A DNA stretch of 32,062 nucleotides from Deltaproteobacteria bacterium (lineage in GTDB: Bacteria; Desulfobacterota; Desulfofervidia; Desulfofervidales; DG-60): the NCBI GenBank assembly GCA_021163945.1, contig JAGGTC010000162.1:1-32062 (forward strand), written 5' to 3'. The notes beneath the pieces are model-generated. The model was not told the DNA's origin, searched no databases, and saw only the letters and a list, made by a program, of their open reading frames with translations. A program made the translations under genes and the position numbers. Below are positions 1 to 7,224 of the stretch, piece by piece (position 1 is the stretch's first letter; the number at the start of each line of letters is the position of its first letter).

Positions 1-63
1 GATTTATAGTAAATATATGTTTATCCAGGTCTGGGAGGTATTATAAATATCGTTTTGTGGATT

Positions 64-1119
64 TTATATCTTCCTTATTGCCTTTAAACGCAAAAGGTGA
101 TCTGCCAGTACAAGCCTTACCATGGCCTCACACACAGGCACTATCCTTGGAATGGCAGATACATCATGACGACCCTTTGTAGATATATTAGCAGGCCTGC
201 CATAGATGTCTATAGTCCTTTGAGTCTTTTCAATAGAGGGGATAGGCTTAATGGCCGCCCGGATGATAATGTCATCCCCATTTGAGATGCCTGCCAAGAT
301 ACCACCTGCATTGTTTGTCAAAAATCCATCTGGTGTAATCTCATCATTATTCTCAGAGCCCAATAGCTCTGCTGCCCTAAAACCTGAGCCAATCTCCACC
401 CCCTTTACTGCCCCAATGGACATAATTGCCTTTGCCAGGTCTGCATCTAGCTTATCAAACACAGGCTCACCCAGACCAGGGGGACACCCCCTTGCCAATA
501 CCTCTACTACCCCACCAATGGAGTCCCCCATCCTCTTTACCTCTGAGATACGTTCTTCCATAAGTCTGTATACCTTCCTATCACAGCAAAAAAGTGGATT
601 TTTATTGACAAAGTCTAGGTCTCTCTCCTTTGCCCAAATCCCACCCAGGGCAATAGTATATGCCATTACATCAATCCCCTCGGCGCTCAATACCTTTTTT
701 GCAACTGCCCCAGCGGCCACCCTTGCTACTGTTTCCCTGCCAGATGCCCTTCCCCCTCCCCTATAGTCCCTTATCCCATATTTCTTAAAGTATGTAAAAT
801 CTCCATGTCCTGGGCGAAAAAGGTCTTTAATGGGCTCATATTTGCTACTGTCTACATCCTTATTGTATATTATCAATGTAATGGGGGTCCCAGTGGTCTT
901 TCCTTCAAATGTCCCAGAGAGTACCTCTACCTTGTCTGGCTCTTTACGTGGGGTAGTAAGCCCCTTTCCAGGTGCCCGCCTGTCCAATTCCCCTTGAATA
1001 TCTTGTGCAGTCAAGGGCAAATTTGGTGGGCAGCCATCAATAATCACCCCTAGGGCTATACCATGTGACTCCCCAAAAGTAGTAATGCGAAAACACTGTC
1101 CAAATGAATTGCCTGGCAT
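64..1119 (-). CDS. aroC: chorismate synthase
   Basis: The ORF 64..1146 product carries the family signature FGESHG plus RASGRETVARV and is the typical ~350 aa. The ORF-track start at 1146 is a TTG. The ATG at 1119 gives MPGNSFGQCFRITTFGESHG, matching the usual AroC N-terminus, and sits 6 nt downstream of a TATGAT -10 box. Confidence 0.93.
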   Translation of the reverse strand: MPGNSFGQCFRITTFGESHGIALGVIIDGCPPNLPLTAQDIQGELDRRAPGKGLTTPRKEPDKVEVLSGTFEGKTTGTPITLIIYNKDVDSSKYEPIKDLFRPGHGDFTYFKKYGIRDYRGGGRASGRETVARVAAGAVAKKVLSAEGIDVMAYTIALGGIWAKERDLDFVNKNPLFCCDRKVYRLMEERISEVKRMGDSIGGVVEVLARGCPPGLGEPVFDKLDADLAKAIMSIGAVKGVEIGSGFRAAELLGSENNDEITPDGFLTNNAGGILAGISNGDDIIIRAAIKPIPSIEKTQRTIDIYGRPANISTKGRHDVSAIPRIVPVCEAMVRLVLADHLLRLKAIRKI

Positions 1120-1125
1120 ACTGCT

Positions 1126-1154
1126 ATCATATACATAATTGTGCAATTGTGCAA
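1126..1154 (-). promoter_or_regulatory. sigma70-like promoter for aroC (leaderless geometry)
   Basis: On the minus strand: TTGCAC (1154-1149), 17-nt spacer, TATGAT (1131-1126), 6 nt, then ATG (1119). There is no SD. The -35 lies in a tandem TTGCACAA x2 repeat. Confidence 0.4.
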
Positions 1155-1165
1155 CATTAGGATGC

Positions 1166-1194
1166 TTGACAATAATCAGATGACTTGATAGTAG
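1166..1194 (+). promoter_or_regulatory. candidate promoter for the GTPase-to-lpxI gene array
   Basis: TTGACA at 1166-1171. The -10 is either GATAGT (1187-1192, 15-nt spacer) or TAGTAG (1189-1194, 17-nt spacer), ending 6-8 nt before the ATG at 1201. No SD is visible. Confidence 0.3.
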
Positions 1195-1200
1195 CTAAAT

Positions 1201-2172
1201 ATGCCAGCAAATTTACCCCCTGAGTATTTTCAGGCAGAAAAGAGGTATCGCCAGGCCAAGAGCCCCCAAGAGAAGATCATGGCCCTAGAAGAGATGCTAA
1301 TGATTATGCCAAAACACAAGGGCACTGATAAATTGAGGGCTGCCCTACGGAGAAAGATTGCTAGGTTTAAAGACATCCTCGCCATAAAAAAATATAGAGG
1401 TAAAAGGGGGGTAAGCTATTATATAGATAAAGAGGGTGCTGGGCAGGTGGCAATTACAGGCCTTCCAAATGTAGGAAAATCTAGTCTCCTTAGGGCACTT
1501 ACTAGGGCAAGGCCAGAGGTAGCAGATTATCCATTCACAACACGCATCCCCACACCGGGTATGATGGATTATGAGGATATCAGTATACAACTAATAGATA
1601 CCCCACCCCTTAGCGAATTTGCACAACCATGGTTTGTTGATATGTTAAAGAGGGCAGATGTATTACTCATTATGCTAGATTTAACAGAGGATGTGCTTAA
1701 ACAATGGGAAGAGACCCTAAATCTCTTAAAGGCATTTAAGATTACCCTAAAAGGTGCCTCAGAAGATGTGCGCGGCCTTACTATAAAAAAGGCCTTAGTT
1801 GCCTTAAATAAAAAGGATATACCTGGGACAGAGGAAAATTTTGCTATCTTTAAGGAATTTTGGGATTTTGATATCCCTTTATTGTCTATCTCTGTAAAAA
1901 AGGGTGAAAATTTGGACCTACTGGGTAAACACCTCTATATGGCCCTTGAGGTTATAAGGGTATATTCCAAGGCCCCTGGGAAGAGGCCGGACCTAAAAGA
2001 ACCCTATATTTTGGAAAAAGGGAGCACTGTCTTGGATCTGGCTGAAAGGGTACACAAGGAGATTGCTGCAAAACTTAAGTTTGCACGTATATGGAATGAA
2101 AGGGCAAAGGGCCTTCGTGTAGAAAAGAATTATGTCCTCTTGGATAAAGATATTGTGGAATTGAGGACATAA
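1201..2172 (+). CDS. OBG-HflX-like GTPase of the DRG/Rbg1 type with a C-terminal TGS domain
   Basis: G1 is GLPNVGKSS and G4 is NKKD. YPFTTRIPTPG serves as switch I. The C-terminal ~75 aa (RVYSKAPGKRPDLKEPYILEKGSTVLDLAERVHKEI...ARIWNE...VEKNYVLLDKDIVEL) has the DRG TGS pattern. An N-terminal helical region precedes the G domain. G3 reads DTPP rather than DxxG. Confidence 0.8.
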   Translation: MPANLPPEYFQAEKRYRQAKSPQEKIMALEEMLMIMPKHKGTDKLRAALRRKIARFKDILAIKKYRGKRGVSYYIDKEGAGQVAITGLPNVGKSSLLRALTRARPEVADYPFTTRIPTPGMMDYEDISIQLIDTPPLSEFAQPWFVDMLKRADVLLIMLDLTEDVLKQWEETLNLLKAFKITLKGASEDVRGLTIKKALVALNKKDIPGTEENFAIFKEFWDFDIPLLSISVKKGENLDLLGKHLYMALEVIRVYSKAPGKRPDLKEPYILEKGSTVLDLAERVHKEIAAKLKFARIWNERAKGLRVEKNYVLLDKDIVELRT

Positions 2173-2175
2173 AAA

Positions 2176-2967
2176 TTGACTATAAGATTGATAAATGAAA
2201 ATGGATTATATTATTTTGTATTTCCCAATCTTATGTCCTTTCCTCTAAAACATGCAATCTTTTCCCGCTTGGGGGGATATAGTAAAGGGCCGTATTATAG
2301 CTTAAATGTTAGTTATAATGTAGGGGATAGGATTGGTTGTGTAGAAAAGAATCTTAAAAAGATAAAGGCATTTTTGGGTGCAGATTCTTTGGTATTTTCA
2401 AAACAGGTTCATGGAAGTAAGGTCTTGGTAATCAAGGAGAAATGGCAATTGGGTAGAGATTATATAGGATTTGATTCTTTGGTAACAAATCTACCCAAAG
2501 TGGCCTTACTTATTAAATTGGCCGATTGTCAGGGCATCTTTCTCTATGATAGCTGCAATGGGGTTATTGCCAATATCCATTGTGGGTGGCGGGGCAGTGT
2601 AGCTAATATCATTGGTGTTACTATCAAGACCATGATAAGGGAATTTGGGTCCTCCCCTTCTGATATTTGGGCGGCTATTAGCCCTTCTTTGGGGCCCTGT
2701 TGCAGTGAATTCAAAAATTACAAAAAAGAATTGCCAAAATCCTTTTGGTCTTACCAAATAAGGCCAAATTACTTTGATTTTTGGAAGATATCTATAAGTC
2801 AGTTAATGGGGGCAGGCATCCCATATCATCAGATTTTGTTGGCAGGGATATGTAGTGCCTGCCTCCCCTCGCTCTTCTTTTCTTACCGACGCAACAAAAG
2901 AACAGGGCGCTTTGCTACAGCAATTATGTTAGAGAGATCAGAAAGTAGGCTTGCAAACAGAAAATAG
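2176..2967 (+). CDS. pgeF: YfiH/PgeF family (laccase-domain / purine nucleoside phosphorylase-like) protein
   Basis: Conserved His-Cys-His positions are present (QVHGSKV, LADCQGIF, IHCGWRG), along with the SRLGGYS..PYYSLN motif. The product is 263 aa. The start is a TTG, so the exact start is uncertain. Confidence 0.8.
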   Translation: MTIRLINENGLYYFVFPNLMSFPLKHAIFSRLGGYSKGPYYSLNVSYNVGDRIGCVEKNLKKIKAFLGADSLVFSKQVHGSKVLVIKEKWQLGRDYIGFDSLVTNLPKVALLIKLADCQGIFLYDSCNGVIANIHCGWRGSVANIIGVTIKTMIREFGSSPSDIWAAISPSLGPCCSEFKNYKKELPKSFWSYQIRPNYFDFWKISISQLMGAGIPYHQILLAGICSACLPSLFFSYRRNKRTGRFATAIMLERSESRLANRK

Positions 2968-2984
2968 TAAATTATAATACACCC

Positions 2985-3818
2985 ATGATCCCACCATTCC
3001 TTATAGCATTTGATATAGAGACCATACCAGATGAAAAGCTTGCCATAAGTGTCTTGGGGGAGGAGGGGGATACACTTGATGAGGTACTTGAAAGACAAAG
3101 AAAGAGGTATGGAAAAGAGAGGGTTGAAGATGTCTTCCTAAGTCCTCCTTTCCACAAAATAATATCCTTATCTATGTTTTTGAGGTTTCTAAGGCCTGAT
3201 AATACAGTTGAGAGGGTCTGGATGGCCATGACCCCAAACCTCCCAGAGGAGGAGATACTTAAAAGATTTTGGAAAATCATAGGCAATATAGTGCAAAAGG
3301 CCAAAGTATATAGTAAAGATAACCCAGTGCAAGAGCACCCTTACATAATTACATATAATGGCAAGAATTTTGATATACCTGTTTTGATAGCTAGGACACT
3401 AAAACACAGGGAATTTATAGTAAGACAAAAACTTGAAAACGGGGCCGTTGCCAGTGGGCTCTCGACCTTCTTTGATGACGAAGACAGGTGGGAGAGGGAG
3501 AAGGCAAATTATACCTACAGACACTCAAGATACAATATAGACCTTTTGGGGATTTTGGGGGGGTATAGGCAAAGCCTCTATACAATTTGTAGCCTGTGTA
3601 ACATCCCAGTTAAGACTGAAGGAAGGGGAAATGAGGTAGTCTCTTACTACAAAAATAGAGAGTTTGAAAAGATAGCCAGGTACTGTGCAGAGGACATTAA
3701 GGCAACATACCTACTCTATCTAAATCGGCTTTTGCTCAAGGCAGACATTCAAGAGATAAAAGAAATACAAGAAGAGATTGAGATGACCAATAATTTACCC
3801 CTAAAGATAATCGGTTGA
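2985..3818 (+). CDS. DEDDy 3'-5' exonuclease related to the PolB exonuclease domain (COG3298-like)
   Basis: ExoI is FDIET, ExoII is YNGKNFDIPVL and ExoIII is YCAEDIKAT, in the correct order and spacing. The stop TGA overlaps the lysS ATG (TGATG). Confidence 0.7.
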   Translation: MIPPFLIAFDIETIPDEKLAISVLGEEGDTLDEVLERQRKRYGKERVEDVFLSPPFHKIISLSMFLRFLRPDNTVERVWMAMTPNLPEEEILKRFWKIIGNIVQKAKVYSKDNPVQEHPYIITYNGKNFDIPVLIARTLKHREFIVRQKLENGAVASGLSTFFDDEDRWEREKANYTYRHSRYNIDLLGILGGYRQSLYTICSLCNIPVKTEGRGNEVVSYYKNREFEKIARYCAEDIKATYLLYLNRLLLKADIQEIKEIQEEIEMTNNLPLKIIG

Positions 3819-5314
3819 TGGATATGGAAATAGCCGTTATTGAACAGAGAAAGGAGAAGATAAAGATATTGAGAGAGAGGGGTATTTTGGCATATCCAAA
3901 TGATTTTAAAATTACACATCATATTAAGGACATCCTGACTTCCTATGGTGACAAAGATGCAGAGGATCTGGAAAGATCAAATGAGATATTCTATCTTGCT
4001 GGCCGGATTATGGCCCTGCGGACCTTTGGGAAGGCGGCCTTTATCCATTTTCAAGATGCTACAGGGAGGCTGCAGGCCTATTTTAGGCAGGATGTCCTGG
4101 GAAAGGAACAATACAAAATTTTTAAATTACTAGATATTGGGGACATAATTGGTATAGAGGGGAGGCTATTCCGTACCAAAACAGGGGAATTAACAATCTT
4201 TGTAAATTCCTTCAAACTCCTTACAAAGTCCCTAAGACCACTTCCAGAGAAGTATCATGGTTTAAGGGATATAGAGACACGATATAGAAAACGATATTTG
4301 GATCTAATAGTAAATCAGGGTGTGAAGGAGGTTTTTTTAAATCGTACAAAGGCAATACACTATATCAGGGAATTCTTTATAGAACGTGATTTTATAGAGG
4401 TAGAGACCCCAATAATGCAAATTATACCTGGAGGGGCATTGGCAAGGCCATTTAAGACCTACCATAATACACTAGGGATCTCCCTTTATTTGCGCGTGGC
4501 CCCAGAGCTCTATTTGAAAAGACTTTTGGTAGGTGGACTTGAACGTGTATTTGAACTAAGTCGCAACTTTAGGAATGAGGGGATAGACGCTGACCACAAT
4601 CCAGAATTTACTATGTTAGAGTTCTATGAGGCCTATGCCACATACGAGGACTTAATGAAGCTGACAGAAGAGCTTATCTCTTCACTTGCAAAAAATCTCT
4701 TTGGAAGATGCAAGATCTCCTATCAGGGGAGGGAGATTGATCTGACCCCCCCTTACAGTCGTATAGATTTTTTAGATTCCTTATTGAATATAGGCAATGT
4801 CCCTGAAGAGGTACTGAGGGACAAAGAGAAGATAATTTCATATGCCCAGGCCCTGGGTGCCAAACTCCGCCCTGGTGAGGGTGTAGGAAAGGCACTTGCA
4901 AAATTATTTGAAAAGACAGTAGAGCCAAGGCTTATTCAACCCACATTTGTAATTGGCTACCCAATAGAGGTCTCCCCCCTGGCCAGGCGCAATGAAAAAA
5001 ATCCTGAAATTGCAGATCGCTTTGAGCTCTTTATAGCCGGAAAGGAGATAGCCAATGGCTTTTCCGAACTAAACGACCCTGAAGACCAAAGGCAGCGTCT
5101 TGAGGCACAGTCTATGAAAAAATTGGCAGGGGATGAAGAGGCACACCCCCTAGATGAGGACTTTATCACTGCCCTAGAATATGGGATGCCCCCAGCGGCT
5201 GGTGAAGGCATAGGCATTGATAGGTTAATAATGATCTTAACAGATTCTCCTTGTATTAGAGATGTAATCTTATTTCCCCTCCTTCGGCCAGAAAAGGATG
5301 AAACTACCATTTGA
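3818..5314 (+). CDS. lysS: lysine--tRNA ligase, class II
   Basis: An OB-fold N-terminal region is followed by class II motifs FRNEG and GIGIDRL and by ELFIAGKEIANGFSELNDP. The product is ~498 aa. The ATG at 3818 is preferred over the ORF-track TTG at 3815. Confidence 0.93.
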   Translation: MDMEIAVIEQRKEKIKILRERGILAYPNDFKITHHIKDILTSYGDKDAEDLERSNEIFYLAGRIMALRTFGKAAFIHFQDATGRLQAYFRQDVLGKEQYKIFKLLDIGDIIGIEGRLFRTKTGELTIFVNSFKLLTKSLRPLPEKYHGLRDIETRYRKRYLDLIVNQGVKEVFLNRTKAIHYIREFFIERDFIEVETPIMQIIPGGALARPFKTYHNTLGISLYLRVAPELYLKRLLVGGLERVFELSRNFRNEGIDADHNPEFTMLEFYEAYATYEDLMKLTEELISSLAKNLFGRCKISYQGREIDLTPPYSRIDFLDSLLNIGNVPEEVLRDKEKIISYAQALGAKLRPGEGVGKALAKLFEKTVEPRLIQPTFVIGYPIEVSPLARRNEKNPEIADRFELFIAGKEIANGFSELNDPEDQRQRLEAQSMKKLAGDEEAHPLDEDFITALEYGMPPAAGEGIGIDRLIMILTDSPCIRDVILFPLLRPEKDETTI

Positions 5315-6533
5315 GCTGTTTATCAGTCTAAGGTACCTACGGGCCAAGAAAAGCCAAAAATTCATTTCACTTACTACCCTCATTTCTATTCTTGGCGTCT
5401 CTTTGGGGGTGATGGCCCTTATTGTGGTCTTATCAGTAATGTCTGGGTTTGAGAAGGAGATAAGAAATCGCATCCTAGGGATCAATCCCCATATCTTTGT
5501 ATTCAGCTTTAAGGGAAATATAGAAGACTATTACAAAGTGGCACAAAAGATAAAGGAAATAAAGGGTGTTAAGGGGGTTAGCCCATTTATTTATACGCAA
5601 GTAATGCTAAATACAGGGAAGAGGGTGTCTGGGGCCGTATTGCGTGGTATTGATGTGCATACTTGTACCAATTTGGCAAAAATATTGCGTTATGGAAGGC
5701 TTAAGGAGATAGAGGGTGTAGAGAAAATAGATGGAAATTATCTCCCTTCCATAATTATAGGAAAGGAGCTAGCAAGAAACTTAGGCATATGGGTAGGGGA
5801 CACAGTCTCGGTAGTCTTTCCATTTGGGGCCATTACACCACAGGGCCTTTCCCCCAAGACAAAACAATTTTTGGTAAAAGGGATATTTGAATCCGGGATG
5901 TATGAATATGACTGTTCCCTTGTCTATATCTCCTTAAGGGAGGCTCAAAGGCTCTTAAATTTTGGTGATTCTGTAACAGGACTGGAGGTAACAGTAAATA
6001 AGATCTTTAAGGCAAAGGATATTGCCAGAGAGATTCAGCAATTTTTAAAATATCCATTTTGGACACGTGACTGGATGGAAATGAATAAAAGCCTATTTTC
6101 TGCCCTAAGATTAGAAAAATTAGCAATGTTTATAATCCTGAGCCTGATTGTGTTGGTAGCTGCCTTCAATATTGCTAGCACCCTCATTATGATAGTCATG
6201 GAAAAGAACAAGGATATTGCCATATTAAAATCCATGGGGGCCACCTCTACAAACATTATGAAGATATTTGTCTATGAGGGATTGATCATAGGGGGGATTG
6301 GGATCATTTTGGGCCTTATAGGCGGGACTGGTATCTGTTCCTTACTTAGCCATTATCAATTTATTCAACTGCCAAAGGACATCTACTATATCTCAAATCT
6401 GCCAGTAGAGATGAATGGGTGGGATATATTTTTTATTGTCTTGACTACCTTAATAATCTGCTTTTTGGCTACAATTTATCCCTCTTTGCAGGCAAGCAGA
6501 GTTGACCCCATCGAAGTAATCCGTTATGAATAA
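5298..6533 (+). CDS. lolC: lipoprotein-releasing ABC transporter permease (LolC/E, FtsX/MacB-type)
   Basis: The N-terminus ELFISLRYLRAKK, a large periplasmic loop and a C-terminal FtsX 3-TM bundle fit the family. The product is 411 aa. The gene overlaps lysS by 17 nt and lolD by 8 nt. Confidence 0.85.
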   Translation: MKLPFELFISLRYLRAKKSQKFISLTTLISILGVSLGVMALIVVLSVMSGFEKEIRNRILGINPHIFVFSFKGNIEDYYKVAQKIKEIKGVKGVSPFIYTQVMLNTGKRVSGAVLRGIDVHTCTNLAKILRYGRLKEIEGVEKIDGNYLPSIIIGKELARNLGIWVGDTVSVVFPFGAITPQGLSPKTKQFLVKGIFESGMYEYDCSLVYISLREAQRLLNFGDSVTGLEVTVNKIFKAKDIAREIQQFLKYPFWTRDWMEMNKSLFSALRLEKLAMFIILSLIVLVAAFNIASTLIMIVMEKNKDIAILKSMGATSTNIMKIFVYEGLIIGGIGIILGLIGGTGICSLLSHYQFIQLPKDIYYISNLPVEMNGWDIFFIVLTTLIICFLATIYPSLQASRVDPIEVIRYE

Positions 6534-7206
6534 ACCACTCTTGGAGGTAAAAAGACTATATAAGCATTTTAAAATAGATAGGCATCGAATTGATGTCTTA
6601 AGGGGTATCGATTTGGAGGTAAAACAAGGGGACTGCATTGCTATTGTTGGGGCATCTGGTGTAGGGAAATCTACATTTCTCCATATCATTGGCACCTTAG
6701 AGCGCCCCAGCATGGGCACAGTCCTATATGAGGGGGAGGATATATTTAAATTAGCAGCTAAGGACTTGGCAAGGTTTCGCAATCAAACTATAGGTTTTAT
6801 ATTTCAATTTCATTATCTATTATCAGAGTTTAATGCACTGGAAAATGTAATGTTGGCTGCCTTAATCGCTGGTTGGGATGCCTCTAAGGCAAAGCAGGAG
6901 GCCACCTCTATCCTCTCTAACTTGGGTTTGGCTGATAAGTTGAGACAGCGTATAGGGGAGCTTTCTGGGGGTGAGAGGCAGAGGGTAGCCGTTGCCCGTG
7001 CCTTGATCCTAAGGCCAAAATTGATCCTGGCCGATGAACCCACAGGGAATTTGGATGAGGAGACAGCAAAGAAGACCCAAAATTTGCTGTTCAAACTGAA
7101 TCAGAAAGGACTTACCATGATTGTAGCCACCCATAACCTTAAGTGGGCATCCTCATTCCCCTTATGCTATGAGTTGAAAGGGGGCAGATTACATAGGATA
7201 AGCTAA
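6526..7206 (+). CDS. lolD: lipoprotein-releasing ABC transporter ATP-binding protein
   Basis: Walker A is GASGVGKST, the signature is LSGGERQR and Walker B is [11 protein letters not shown]. The gene is adjacent to the permease. Confidence 0.88.
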   Translation: MNKPLLEVKRLYKHFKIDRHRIDVLRGIDLEVKQGDCIAIVGASGVGKSTFLHIIGTLERPSMGTVLYEGEDIFKLAAKDLARFRNQTIGFIFQFHYLLSEFNALENVMLAALIAGWDASKAKQEATSILSNLGLADKLRQRIGELSGGERQRVAVARALILRPKLILADEPTGNLDEETAKKTQNLLFKLNQKGLTMIVATHNLKWASSFPLCYELKGGRLHRIS

Positions 7207-7224
7207 GTAAAGGTTATTTTTTAT

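Noticed and set aside
251-766. A 171-aa plus-strand ORF, together with the ORFs at 97..285 and 805..1053, lying antisense to aroC.
   Set aside because: They lie entirely inside the well-supported aroC frame. Their composition is low-complexity and Pro/Ser/Ala-rich, typical of an antisense frame, and they have no start context.
1138-1156. A tandem 8-bp repeat (TTGCACAA x2 on the minus strand) in the aroC promoter region, considered as a regulator site.
   Set aside because: One copy doubles as the proposed -35. There are only two short copies and I know of no matching operator, so it is recorded only as part of the promoter evidence.
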